A DNA stretch of 64,000 nt. It comes from Deltaproteobacteria bacterium (GTDB lineage Bacteria > Myxococcota_A > UBA9160 > SZUA-336). Below, in pieces: positions 1-9,265 of this stretch; position 1 is the stretch's first letter, and every line of letters starts with the position of its first letter. The notes under the pieces are model-generated. The model was given only the letters and a program-made list of their open reading frames with translations, did not search any database and was not told the DNA's origin. The position numbers were made by a program, and so were the translations under genes. The stretch is taken from contig JANNLG010000062.1 of NCBI GenBank assembly GCA_031396695.1, forward strand, positions 17,746 to 81,745, in the 5' to 3' direction.

Positions 1-7
1 GCTCGGC

Positions 8-802
8 GTGGCGATCCTGCCCGCCTTCACGCGCGGGCCGGGCCTGCTCGCGATGAGCGTCGCGTCGTTGTGTCAGGCCGCGCCGGGTCGCTTCGTGGTC
101 GGCATCGGCACGTCGTCCGACGTGATCGTCGAGAAGTGGAACGGCATCCCGTTCACCAAGCCCTATCAGCGCGTGCGCGACAGCGTGAAGTTCCTGCGCA
201 AGGCGCTCGCGGGCGAGAAGATCACGGAGGAGTTCGAGAGCTTCTCGGTCGCGGGCTTCCGGCTGGGCGTGAAGCTCGAGACGCAGCCGAAAATACTGGT
301 CGCCGCGCTGCGCCAGGGCATGTTGAAGCTCGCGGGCCGCGTCGGCGACGGCGCGATCATCAACTGGCTGTCGGCCGACGACGTCAGGAAGGTCGCGCCG
401 ATCGTGAAGGAGGCGGGCGCCGACAAGGAGATCGTCGCGCGCATCTTCGTGGCGCCCAATCCCGACAAGGCGCAGGTGCGCGCGATGGCCAAGTTCGCGA
501 TCGCCGCCTACCTGAACGTGCCCGTCTACGCCGCGTTCCACGAGTGGCTCGGCCGCGGTCCGAAGCTGCAAGGCATGTGGGACGCGTGGAAGAAGGGCGA
601 CCGCAAAGCCGCGATCGCGGCCATCCCCGACGAGGTCGTCGACGAGCTGATCGTGCACGGCTCGCCGGCGGAGTGCCGCGCGCACATCCAGCGCTACGTC
701 GACGCGGGCGTCGACACGCCGGCGCTCGCGATCCTTCCGCTCGGCGTCGATGCGCGCCAGGCGACGCGCGACCTCGCGCCGGTGCTCGCGAGCGGGCGCT
801 AG
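8..802 (+). CDS. LLM-class (luciferase-like) flavin/F420-dependent oxidoreductase, 5'-truncated at window edge
   Basis: The ORF is open to the window start. The C-terminal sequence resembles the luciferase-like monooxygenase fold (LLM class, cf. paralogue at 2707..3636). Confidence 0.7.
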   Translation: MAILPAFTRGPGLLAMSVASLCQAAPGRFVVGIGTSSDVIVEKWNGIPFTKPYQRVRDSVKFLRKALAGEKITEEFESFSVAGFRLGVKLETQPKILVAALRQGMLKLAGRVGDGAIINWLSADDVRKVAPIVKEAGADKEIVARIFVAPNPDKAQVRAMAKFAIAAYLNVPVYAAFHEWLGRGPKLQGMWDAWKKGDRKAAIAAIPDEVVDELIVHGSPAECRAHIQRYVDAGVDTPALAILPLGVDARQATRDLAPVLASGR

Positions 803-1598
803 ACGAACGCTTCCTGGAGCTCGCGCACGGGGGCCATCTGCGCGACGAAGCCGAAGCGGCCCGCGCGCATCTCGCGCGCGCCGTCGAGAAAGGCTCGCAG
901 CGCCAGGCGCGAGAGCCCGCCGCCGATGCTGACTCGGCGCACGCCGACTTCGCGAAGCTGCTCGATCGTGATCGTCGGATCCGCGAACCCCATCACCACG
1001 TTCAGCGGCCGACTCACTTCGCTCACCACCGTGCGCATCTGCTCGAGCGTGCGCAGGCCTGGCGCGTAGAGCACCTCGGCGCCGACCTTCTCGAAGGCCT
1101 GCAGACGGCGGATGGTGTCGTCGAGATCGCCCACGCCGTAGAGCAGGTTCTCGGCGCGCGCGGTCAGCACGAAGGGGCCGGGCAGCGCGCGCGTGGCCTC
1201 GACCGCCGCTTGCACGCGCTCCACCGCGAGCGCGAAGTCGTAGATCCAGGCGCCCGGCACTCCGGTCGCGTCCTCGATCGAGCCCCCGACCGCGCCGCAC
1301 GCATACGCCTGCGCGAAGATTCGCGCGGCCTCGGCGGGCTCGTCGGCGAAGCCGTTCTCGAGATCGGCGTTGACCGGCAGGTCCGTGGCCGCGCAGATCT
1401 CGCGACAGTCGTCGAGGATCTGCGCCGCGCTCGCGCGCTTGCGCCCGAGTCGGTTCGCGACGCCGAGGCTCGTGGTCGCGAGCGCCTCGAAGCCGAGCAG
1501 CGCGAGCAGCCGCGCGGTGCCCGGGTCCCAGGGGTTCGGAAGCAGCAGCGGCTCGGGCCGTTCGTGGAGCGCGCGGAAGTGCAGGGCTTTGGCGTTCT
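799..1598 (-). CDS. Isocitrate lyase/PEP mutase superfamily protein (methylisocitrate-lyase/carboxy-PEP-mutase-like, ~266 aa)
   Basis: Start set at internal ATG (MNDQNAKALHF…). The PLLLPNPWD and GGSIED motifs are typical of the ICL/PEPM TIM-barrel family. The true PEP-mutase EDK-X5-NS signature is not seen. Confidence 0.7.
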
Positions 1599-1662
1599 GG
1601 TCGTTCATGAGAGCCAGCGTGGCGCCGGTCGAACGATCCGTCCAATGCATACTCCAAATCGA

Positions 1663-1681
1663 ATCCATCTGTAGAATGGAT
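1663..1681. promoter_or_regulatory. Perfect inverted repeat ATCCAT-N7-ATGGAT abutting lysR start codon; candidate LysR operator in divergent intergenic region
   Basis: The 6-bp arms read directly, 3 bp upstream of the ATG at 1684. Divergent LysR/target gene arrangement. Confidence 0.45.
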
Positions 1682-1683
1682 GG

Positions 1684-2679
1684 ATGACGCTCGACGAGCT
1701 CGAGTCCTTCGTGTGCATCGCGGGCGGCGCAGGCGTGACGGAGGCGTCGCGCCGGCTGCACCGCTCGCAGCCGGCGATCAGCCGCCGGATCCGCCAGCTC
1801 GAGCAGGGGCTCGGCTCGCCGCTCTTCGAGCGCTTCGGTCGGGGGGTGCGCCTGACCGACGCCGGCCGCGCGCTGCTGCCGCACGCCGAGGCCGCGCTCG
1901 CCGCGCTGCGCGACGGCGAACGCGCCGTGCGCGAGCTCGGCACGCAGGCGTCGGAGCCGCTCGTGCTCGAACTCGCGCTGGTGGGCACGCTCGCCGATAC
2001 GCAGATCGTCGACGCGCTGCGTTCCTTCCGGGCGCGCTTCGCGGGCGCGACGGTCAAGCTGCGCACCGCGAACAGTCTAGAGGTGAGCGATCTGGTGCGG
2101 CGCGGCGAGGCGCATCTGGGCCTGCGCTACTTCGCCGATCCCGATCCCAAGCTCGAGTCGATCGAGCTCGGCTCGGAGGAGGTCGGGGTCGTGGTGCCGG
2201 CCGCGCACCGCGTGCGTGCGAAGCGGGTGAAGAACCTGCGCGCGTTCGACGGCGACGCGTGGCTCGGCTTTCCCGCGGATCGACGCCACCCGGAAGCCTC
2301 GCTCGAGCGGCGCCTGATTGCCGCCGGCGTCGCGAACCCGCGCATCACTCCGGTCGACAGCCTCACAGCGCAGAAGCGCCTGGTCGAGGCGGGTCTCGGC
2401 ATCGCGCTCTTGCCGCGCTCGAGCTTTCGCGAAGAGCTTCGGTCGGGCCGGCTGCGCACGGTCGCGGTCACGAATTTGAACAGCGCGCAGCCGGTGGTCG
2501 CCGTGCGCAGGCGCGGAGGGCACCACAGCGCGCTCGCCGTTGCGCTGCTCGAGAGCCTCGCGCTTGGAGCGTCGGAGCTCTCGCGCGGAAAGCGAGCGAC
2601 CGTGTCGAGTGCGAAGCCAAGCGCCAAGCCGAGGCCCAAGCCAAAAGCGAAGCGCCGCACAGCTCGCCGCGCTCGCTGA
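1684..2679 (+). CDS. LysR-family transcriptional regulator with Lys/Arg-rich C-terminal tail
   Basis: N-terminal HTH (…SQPAISRRIRQLEQ…) followed by a LysR substrate-binding domain. It is divergent from the ICL/PEPM gene. Confidence 0.85.
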   Translation: MTLDELESFVCIAGGAGVTEASRRLHRSQPAISRRIRQLEQGLGSPLFERFGRGVRLTDAGRALLPHAEAALAALRDGERAVRELGTQASEPLVLELALVGTLADTQIVDALRSFRARFAGATVKLRTANSLEVSDLVRRGEAHLGLRYFADPDPKLESIELGSEEVGVVVPAAHRVRAKRVKNLRAFDGDAWLGFPADRRHPEASLERRLIAAGVANPRITPVDSLTAQKRLVEAGLGIALLPRSSFREELRSGRLRTVAVTNLNSAQPVVAVRRRGGHHSALAVALLESLALGASELSRGKRATVSSAKPSAKPRPKPKAKRRTARRAR

Positions 2680-2706
2680 GCTAGGATCGCGTTCGAGGAG
2701 ATCGCG

Positions 2707-3636
2707 ATGCCGCGCGAGTTCCGCTTCGGCGTGCAGTGCTCCCTGGCCGCTTCGCGACGCGAGTGGCAGGAGAAAGCGCGCCGCGTCGAAGCGCTCGGCT
2801 ACCAGGTGTTCCTGGTGCCGGATCACTTCGGCCTGCAGTTCGCGCCCGTGCCCGCGCTGCTCTCCGCCGCCGAAGCGACGCGCGCGATCCGGATCGGTTC
2901 GCTCGTATTCGACAACGATTTCCGTCAGCCGGCGCTGCTCGCCAAGGAAGCGGCGACGCTCGACCTGCTGTCGGACGGGCGCTTCGAGTTCGGGATCGGT
3001 GCGGGCTGGATGCGTTCGGAGTACGAGCAGGCCGGACTCGCCTTCGAGCCGGGACCGACGCGTGTCGCGCGGCTCGAAGAGGCGATTCCGCTGATCCGAT
3101 CGATCTGGCGCGGCGGACCCGCGAGCTTCTCCGGCAAGCACTATCGGCTGGCCGGGCTCGAGAGCGCGCCGCTGCCGGTGCAGCGTCCGGGGCCGCCGCT
3201 GTTGATCGGCGGCGGCGGACCGCGCATCCTGCGGCTGGCCGCGCGCCACGCGGACATCGTCGGTCTGGTGCTGCGTTCGCGCGCGGACGGCAACGGTCTC
3301 GATCTCACCGATCTGTCGTCGGCCGCGCTCGACGACAAGGTGGCGTGGGTGCGCGAGGCCGCAGGCCCGCGCTTCGCCGCGCTCGAGCTCAACACGCTGT
3401 TGCAGACGGTCGTGATCACCGCCGACCGACTCGGCGCCGCGACGCAGCTCGCCAAAGCCTTCGGCGTGTCGAGCGACACCGTGCTCGATACACCCTACGC
3501 CCTGATCGGGAGCGCGTCCGAGATCGAGGCGCTGCTCCGCGAACGACGCGAGCGCTTCGGACTCTCGTACTACGTGCTGTTCGAGCGCGACATGGAGACG
3601 TTCGCGCCGATCGCCGCGCGCCTGGCCGGGAGCTGA
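2707..3636 (+). CDS. LLM-class flavin/F420-dependent oxidoreductase
   Basis: The full-length 309-aa luciferase-like monooxygenase fold contains the characteristic FEFGIGAGW region. Confidence 0.8.
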   Translation: MPREFRFGVQCSLAASRREWQEKARRVEALGYQVFLVPDHFGLQFAPVPALLSAAEATRAIRIGSLVFDNDFRQPALLAKEAATLDLLSDGRFEFGIGAGWMRSEYEQAGLAFEPGPTRVARLEEAIPLIRSIWRGGPASFSGKHYRLAGLESAPLPVQRPGPPLLIGGGGPRILRLAARHADIVGLVLRSRADGNGLDLTDLSSAALDDKVAWVREAAGPRFAALELNTLLQTVVITADRLGAATQLAKAFGVSSDTVLDTPYALIGSASEIEALLRERRERFGLSYYVLFERDMETFAPIAARLAGS

Positions 3637-3654
3637 ACTTGTGACGGATTGCCG

Positions 3655-3675
3655 CGCGCATGGATAGAATGCGCG
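3655..3675. promoter_or_regulatory. Inverted repeat CGCGCAT-N7-ATGCGCG between LLM stop and radical-SAM start (hairpin/operator)
   Basis: The repeat is read directly from the sequence. A GGTGAGGAGG RBS follows at ~3700. Confidence 0.35.
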
Positions 3676-3713
3676 TACGCCCCGGCACACTCCGTCCCGG
3701 GTGAGGAGGTGTC

Positions 3714-5276
3714 ATGCGCGTGCTTCTGATCAACCCCTCGTATCCGTTCGAGGAGTTCCCGCGACTGCTGGTCACGTTGCCGTACGTCGCGTCGGCGCTG
3801 CGCGCGCAGGGACACGAGGTGGAGATCCTCGACCTCCTGCTCTCGCGCACCACCCCCGAGAAGATCGAGCGGCGCATGTCGCGCTTCCGGCCGCAGGTGG
3901 TGGGAATCACCTCCGTCACGCTGAATCACCACATCGCCGCTTCGATCGCCGAGGTCGTGCGCAAGTGCGACGGCGCGGTGAAGGTGGTGATGGGCGGTCC
4001 GCACGTCTCGTTCGAGATCGACGGCAGCTTCCGAGACCTGCCGGCGCTCGACTACATCGCGATCGGCGAGGGCGAGCACACCATGCTCGAGCTGGTGAGC
4101 GCGCTCGAGGGCCGCATGGACATGCGCGACGTGCGCGGCCTCGCGCTGCGCGACGGCGACCGCATCGTGCGCAACGCTCCACGCGCGCTCGAGGACGACC
4201 TCGACACGCTGCCTGTGCCGGCGCGCGACCTCGTCCCATTGGCGCGCTACCTGGCGTTCGACAGCCACGCGAGCGTGGTCACCAGTCGCGGTTGCCCGTA
4301 CGCGTGCGTGTTCTGCTCCGCGCCGCAGTGGACCGGTCGGCAGGTGCGCTACCGCAACCCGAGCTTGTGCGTCGACGAGATCGAAGAGCTCTCTCGGCTC
4401 GGCTTCACCGAGATCACGATCGAAGACGATCTGTTCACGCTCTACCGCGCGCACTTCATGGCGGTCTGCAACGAGCTGGTGCGACGCAACACGGGCATCC
4501 GCTGGAACGCCTTCTCGCGCGTCGACACGATCAGCCCGGAGATCGTGAACACCATGGCCAAAGCCGGCTGCCAGGCGATCTGCTTCGGCGTCGAGAGCGG
4601 CAGCCAGGAGATCCTCGACCTGGTCAAAAAGAAATCGAACCTGGCCAAGGTGAAGGAAGCCATGCGCATGACGCAGGACGTCGGCATCAGCGCGCTGGCC
4701 TCGTTCATCATCGGCCTGCCCGGCGAGACGGAAGAGACGCTGAAGAAGACGGTCGAGTTCGCGAACGAGCTGCACAACGAGTTCGGCTCGCTGTACGGCT
4801 TCCACATCCTGGCGCCGTTCCCCGGCACCGAAGTGCGCGAGCGCGCGGCCGAGTACGGGCTCGAGATCCTGTCGGACGACTGGACCCAGTACGACGCGAA
4901 CCACGTGGTCACGCGCACGAAGGGCGCCTCGCCGACGGTGATCCAGAAAGTCGCCGACGAGTACGAGGACACGATGGAGCGCTACCTGAAGTACCAGGAC
5001 CACCTGTTCGCGCGCGACGAGCTGCCCGCCTACGAGCGCAAGATGTACCTGCGCCGCCTGCGCCAGCAGCTGCTGTGGAAGCTCCTGCTCGACGACGTGA
5101 TCGAGGGTCTGCCCGCGTACCGCGAGGACGCGGTCGGAAACTTGGTCGCCGCGGTGGCGGAAGCCGCGAACGTGAAGCCGGAGTTCGCCTCGAGCGAGCT
5201 GGCGCGCGTGCTCGAGCTCGGGGCGCTGGTTCCTGAGGCGACGCCCGAGGGCACGCGCTTCACCTGGTCGGAGTGA
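3714..5276 (+). CDS. B12-binding domain radical SAM protein (class B cobalamin-dependent rSAM)
   Basis: An N-terminal B12-binding Rossmann-like segment is followed by a CPYACVFC (CxxxCxxC) radical-SAM cluster motif. Length is 520 aa. Confidence 0.85.
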   Translation: MRVLLINPSYPFEEFPRLLVTLPYVASALRAQGHEVEILDLLLSRTTPEKIERRMSRFRPQVVGITSVTLNHHIAASIAEVVRKCDGAVKVVMGGPHVSFEIDGSFRDLPALDYIAIGEGEHTMLELVSALEGRMDMRDVRGLALRDGDRIVRNAPRALEDDLDTLPVPARDLVPLARYLAFDSHASVVTSRGCPYACVFCSAPQWTGRQVRYRNPSLCVDEIEELSRLGFTEITIEDDLFTLYRAHFMAVCNELVRRNTGIRWNAFSRVDTISPEIVNTMAKAGCQAICFGVESGSQEILDLVKKKSNLAKVKEAMRMTQDVGISALASFIIGLPGETEETLKKTVEFANELHNEFGSLYGFHILAPFPGTEVRERAAEYGLEILSDDWTQYDANHVVTRTKGASPTVIQKVADEYEDTMERYLKYQDHLFARDELPAYERKMYLRRLRQQLLWKLLLDDVIEGLPAYREDAVGNLVAAVAEAANVKPEFASSELARVLELGALVPEATPEGTRFTWSE

Positions 5277-5283
5277 TCGAATC

Positions 5284-5685
5284 ATGGAGTCGCTGCTCGC
5301 GCGGATCGGCCCTCTCTCTCACGCGCTGGTGCGCATCGTCGCGGGCTTTCTCTTCGCCTGTCACGGCGCGCAGAAGATCTTCGGCGTGCTGGGCGGCTTC
5401 GGAGGCAACCCTGGCGCCACCGCGCCGCTCTTCACGCTGCTCTGGTTCGGGGGCCTCGTCGAGCTGATCGGCGGAACGCTCGTAGCCCTGGGCGTGCGCG
5501 CGAACGTCGCGGCGTTCGTGTGCAGCGGCCAGATGGCGGTCGCGTATTTCATGTTCCACCAGCCCAAGGGTCCGCTGCCGATCCAGAACGGCGGCGAGCT
5601 CGCCGCGCTCTACGCGTTCGTATTCCTGTTCCTGGCCGCGAAGGGAGCGGGGCCGCTGGCGCTGGAGCGGAGCTCGCTGCGTTAG
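5284..5685 (+). CDS. DoxX-family membrane protein
   Basis: The 133-aa product has four predicted TM helices and a DoxX-like sequence. Confidence 0.7.
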   Translation: MESLLARIGPLSHALVRIVAGFLFACHGAQKIFGVLGGFGGNPGATAPLFTLLWFGGLVELIGGTLVALGVRANVAAFVCSGQMAVAYFMFHQPKGPLPIQNGGELAALYAFVFLFLAAKGAGPLALERSSLR

Positions 5686-5833
5686 GCCGGTCTACGCGCG
5701 GATGCGCCGCCCACCGTCGACGCTGCTGCGTGCCGCGATCTGTGCTCGTGCTCACGCTGCAGCGACTGTGATCCGACCCACGCATCTCGACACGGCTTCT
5801 GCCGTAGGATCGAAGGAGCAGGGAGGATCGATC

Positions 5834-7411
5834 ATGCTCGCGAAGACGTTGCTGCTCACGGCGGTGTCTACACTTCTCGCTGTCAGTCCGGCATTCGCGC
5901 AGCTGACGGATACGACGCAGACGCCCAACGTCGAGAACGAGGGCGTGCACAAATCGCTCACGCAACAGATCGGCGTGGGCCGCGGAACGGTGCTCACGCC
6001 GGACTCGTCGCTCTTCATCATCCAGCGCGATCCGTTCCGCTCGATCCGGCGCGGACGCCAGCTCTTCCAGCGCAAGTTCACGATCGCGCAGGGCGCGGGG
6101 CCGCGCTCCCGAGACGGCATCCACGACGACATCAACGGCGATCCGTCGCCCGGCGCAGGACTCGTCGACAGCTGCGCGGGCTGCCACGGTCGGCCGCGCG
6201 GATCGGCGGGCTTCGGCGGCGACGTGTTCACGCGGCCCGACAGCCGCGACGCTCCTCACCTGTTCGGACTGGGTCTGGTGGAGATGCTCGCGGACGAGAT
6301 GACCACCGAGCTGCGCAGGATCCGCAGCGAAGCGATCCGCCAGGCCGCGCGCTATCGCCGCAACGTCACGTTGCCGCTCGCGAGCAAGGGCACGCGCTTC
6401 GGGCGGATCACGGCCAGGGCGGATGGAACCCTCGACACGACCGGAGTGCAGGGCGTGGATCCGGATCTGCGCGTGCGACCGTTCTTCCATCACGGCGGCG
6501 AGTTCTCGATCCGCGGCTTCAGCGTGGGCGCGTTCAACGACGAGATGGGGCTCGAGTCGCCGGACGCCGACCTGGTTGCGGTGGCCGCCGGCCAACGGGT
6601 GGTCACCCCCTCCGGTCTGGTGCTCGACCCGAGCTTGGACCGGATCCAAGTGCCGGGAACATCGAGCGAGACCGCAGACGAGGACCTCGACGGCAAGGTG
6701 AACGAGATGCCCACCGCGCTGATCGATCACATGGAGTTCTACCTGCTGAACTACTTCAAGGCAGGTCATGGACAGGAGACGCGTGCGTCGCGCACGGGAC
6801 GCTCGGCGTTCTCGATGGTGGGCTGTGCGTCGTGCCACACGCCGAACCTGACGATCGAATCCGATCGGCGCGTCGCGGACGTCGAGACCGCGTTCGATCC
6901 GGAGCGCGGCCACTTCAATCGGCTCTTCTCGACGGCGACCGCGTTCATCACGCCGATCGACGACGGCTCCGGACAGCCCCCGATCAAGCGGCCGCAGCGG
7001 GGTTCGTTCGTGGTGCGGGACATCTTCGCGGACTTCAAGCGACACGATCTCGGTCCGGCTTTCCACGAGCGCGGCTTCGATGGCCAGATCCGCACGCAGT
7101 TCTTGACCGAGCCGCTCTGGGGCGTCGGCTCGACTCCGCCGTACGGCCACGACGGACGCAGCATCAACCTGCTCGAGGTGATCCTGCGCCACGGCGGCGA
7201 GGCCAAGGCATCGCGAGATGCCTTCGCCGCGCTGCCTTCCGACGTGCGCACGTCGATCATCGACTTCCTGAACACGCTCGTACTCTTCCCGCCGGACGAC
7301 ACCGCGTCGAATCTCGATCCGGGCGATCCGAACAACCCGGCGTTCCCGCAGCGCGGGCACGGCTCGATCAAGCTGGGCGTGCTGTTCAACAACCCGAGCG
7401 ACGCCGAGTAG
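5834..7411 (+). CDS. Secreted di-haem c-type cytochrome (DUF1111/putative thiol oxidoreductase-peroxidase-like)
   Basis: Start chosen at MLAKTLLLTAV… (signal peptide, GGGAGG RBS). Two CxxCH haem motifs are present (CAGCH, CASCH). Confidence 0.7.
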   Translation: MLAKTLLLTAVSTLLAVSPAFAQLTDTTQTPNVENEGVHKSLTQQIGVGRGTVLTPDSSLFIIQRDPFRSIRRGRQLFQRKFTIAQGAGPRSRDGIHDDINGDPSPGAGLVDSCAGCHGRPRGSAGFGGDVFTRPDSRDAPHLFGLGLVEMLADEMTTELRRIRSEAIRQAARYRRNVTLPLASKGTRFGRITARADGTLDTTGVQGVDPDLRVRPFFHHGGEFSIRGFSVGAFNDEMGLESPDADLVAVAAGQRVVTPSGLVLDPSLDRIQVPGTSSETADEDLDGKVNEMPTALIDHMEFYLLNYFKAGHGQETRASRTGRSAFSMVGCASCHTPNLTIESDRRVADVETAFDPERGHFNRLFSTATAFITPIDDGSGQPPIKRPQRGSFVVRDIFADFKRHDLGPAFHERGFDGQIRTQFLTEPLWGVGSTPPYGHDGRSINLLEVILRHGGEAKASRDAFAALPSDVRTSIIDFLNTLVLFPPDDTASNLDPGDPNNPAFPQRGHGSIKLGVLFNNPSDAE

Positions 7412-7443
7412 CCTCGAGCTCGCGCGTCGCGTAGCCTCGCCGC

Positions 7444-7989
7444 ATGTCGAAGGCGGCGGTGATCGCGGTGAGTCGCAGCGCGACCCACTCGATGGCGAAG
7501 CAGAATCAGCCGAGCATCCGACTCGAGCCGGGTCTCGGCGTTGCCGACGACGCGCACCGGGGCGTGACAGTCCAGCACCTCTCGCGCATCGCGCGCGATC
7601 CGACCACGCCGAACTACCGCCAGGTGCACCTGATCCACGCCGAGCTGTTCGATGAGCTCGCGCGTTCGGGGTTCGAGATCGAGGCCGGACGAATGGGCGA
7701 GAACGTGACCACGCGCGGCGTCGACTTGCTCGGGCTCCCGACCGGCGCGCGGCTGCGGCTCGGCGCGGATGCGGTGGTCGAGGTGACCGGGCTGCGCAAT
7801 CCGTGCCTTCAGCTCGACGGCATCGCACCCGGCTTGATGAAGGCGACCCTCGCGCGTGACGCGTCCGGCGCGCTGGTTCGCAAGGCGGGTATCATGGGGA
7901 TCGTGATCGCGGGCGGCGAGATTCGCGCGGGCGATCCGATCGCAATCGAGCTCCCGCCTCCGCCGCATCGCTCGCTCGAGCCGATCTGA
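7444..7989 (+). CDS. MOSC domain-containing protein (YiiM-like)
   Basis: MOSC β-barrel region with conserved Cys (NPCLQLD). Confidence 0.7.
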   Translation: MSKAAVIAVSRSATHSMAKQNQPSIRLEPGLGVADDAHRGVTVQHLSRIARDPTTPNYRQVHLIHAELFDELARSGFEIEAGRMGENVTTRGVDLLGLPTGARLRLGADAVVEVTGLRNPCLQLDGIAPGLMKATLARDASGALVRKAGIMGIVIAGGEIRAGDPIAIELPPPPHRSLEPI

Positions 7990-8032
7990 TCGCGTCGATC
8001 CGGTTCACGCGATCCGATTTCGGGGGAGCACG

Positions 8033-8911
8033 ATGGCGTCGAGTACGATCCGCGAGCTGAAACCCGGCGACGTCCCCGCCTGCGCGCGGATCCTCGCGAG
8101 CCTGCCCGACTGGTTCGGCCTCGAGGCGTCGAACCGCGCCTACGTCGAAAGCCTTTCGCGGCTGCCAGCTGCGGTCGCGGAGTCGGACGGGCGCATCGTC
8201 GGCTTCGCGGCGATCGAGCTGCACGATCCGCTGTCGGCCGAGATCCACGTGATGGCGGTCGAGCCCGCGCTGCACCGGCGCGGCGTCGGTCGCGAGCTCG
8301 TGCGCTGGACCCGGCAGGCGAGCCGCTCACGCGGCGCGAAGTGGCTGCACGTGAAGACGCGCGGCCCGTCGACGCCCGATCCCGAGTACGAGCGCACGCG
8401 CGCCTTCTACCGCGCGCAGGGCTTCGATCCGCTGTTCGAGTCGCGCACGCTGTGGGGCGAGGAGAACGCGGCGCTGGTCCTCGTCTCGTCGCTCGAGCCC
8501 ACCGCGGAAGTGCGCGCGTGGCGCGAAGCGGTCGTGCGCCGCCACATGGAGTCCGAGAACGAGCACGACTTCGACGCGACCCTCGCCACGTTCTCGCACC
8601 CGCGCTACGAGCTGATCGCCACCGACCAGGTGCACGACGGCGAAGCCGCGGTGCGCGAATACTTCCGCGCCTCGCGCTCCGCCTTTCCGGATCAGCGCAA
8701 CGAGCTGATCTCGCTGCGCCATTCCGACGACGCGGTGATCGTCGAGCTGTGGTTACTCGGCACGCATACGGGCCGGCTGGGCGGGCTCGAGCCCACTGGC
8801 CGCGCCTTCCGCACGCGCATGATGGCGTACTTCGTGTTCGACGAAGTCGGCATCGTCTGCGAGCGCGTGTACTTCGACTCAGGCAGCATCCTCCGACAAC
8901 TCACGGTGTAG
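8033..8911 (+). CDS. GNAT N-acetyltransferase fused to SnoaL-like (NTF2-fold) domain
   Basis: The N-terminal half shows the GNAT motif (HRRGVGRELV). The C-terminal ~130 aa resemble SnoaL-like polyketide cyclase/ester cyclase. Confidence 0.65.
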   Translation: MASSTIRELKPGDVPACARILASLPDWFGLEASNRAYVESLSRLPAAVAESDGRIVGFAAIELHDPLSAEIHVMAVEPALHRRGVGRELVRWTRQASRSRGAKWLHVKTRGPSTPDPEYERTRAFYRAQGFDPLFESRTLWGEENAALVLVSSLEPTAEVRAWREAVVRRHMESENEHDFDATLATFSHPRYELIATDQVHDGEAAVREYFRASRSAFPDQRNELISLRHSDDAVIVELWLLGTHTGRLGGLEPTGRAFRTRMMAYFVFDEVGIVCERVYFDSGSILRQLTV

Positions 8912-8952
8912 ATCCGACTCACCAGTGCTACGATCGCGCCGGAGGTGAGAGC

Positions 8953-9189
8953 ATGAAGATCGTACGATTTCTCGCGGTAGGGCTGGCCGTCTTCGCACTG
9001 ACGGCCTGCCAGGAAAAGAGCGCCGCCGACAAGGCTGCGGACGCGGTCAACGACGCGCTCGACAATCGGCCCGCGGAGGGCGTCCAGGACGCGGTCGAAG
9101 ACGTCTCGGCCGGCGCACAGGATGCCGCGAAGGCAGCCGAGGAAGCGGCGAAGCAAGCCGCGAAGAAGGCCGGCGAAGCGGTGCAGTAG
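8953..9189 (+). CDS. Small secreted lipoprotein, Ala/Asp/Lys-rich (78 aa)
   Basis: RBS GGAGGTGAG precedes a signal peptide with lipobox LTAC. The mature part is low-complexity. Confidence 0.55.
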   Translation: MKIVRFLAVGLAVFALTACQEKSAADKAADAVNDALDNRPAEGVQDAVEDVSAGAQDAAKAAEEAAKQAAKKAGEAVQ

Positions 9190-9265
9190 CGCGCGAGCGC
9201 GTCCGTGCTGATCCGGTTGCTGCGCTTCGTGAAATGCGCTCCGGGGTAGAATCCCCTGCAGCCCG

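Noticed and set aside
799-5276. Phosphonate natural-product cluster (PEP mutase + B12 radical-SAM methyltransferase, fosfomycin/Fom3-like)
   Set aside because: The ICL/PEPM-family protein has IEDATG rather than the PepM-specific EDK-X5-NS motif. No phosphonopyruvate decarboxylase or other phosphonate genes are nearby.
3600-5700. RiPP precursor peptide next to the B12-rSAM
   Set aside because: No short ORF with leader/core character was found. The small ORFs in the track here are out-of-frame overlaps of DoxX or the rSAM gene and have Arg/Ser-rich high-GC artefact composition.
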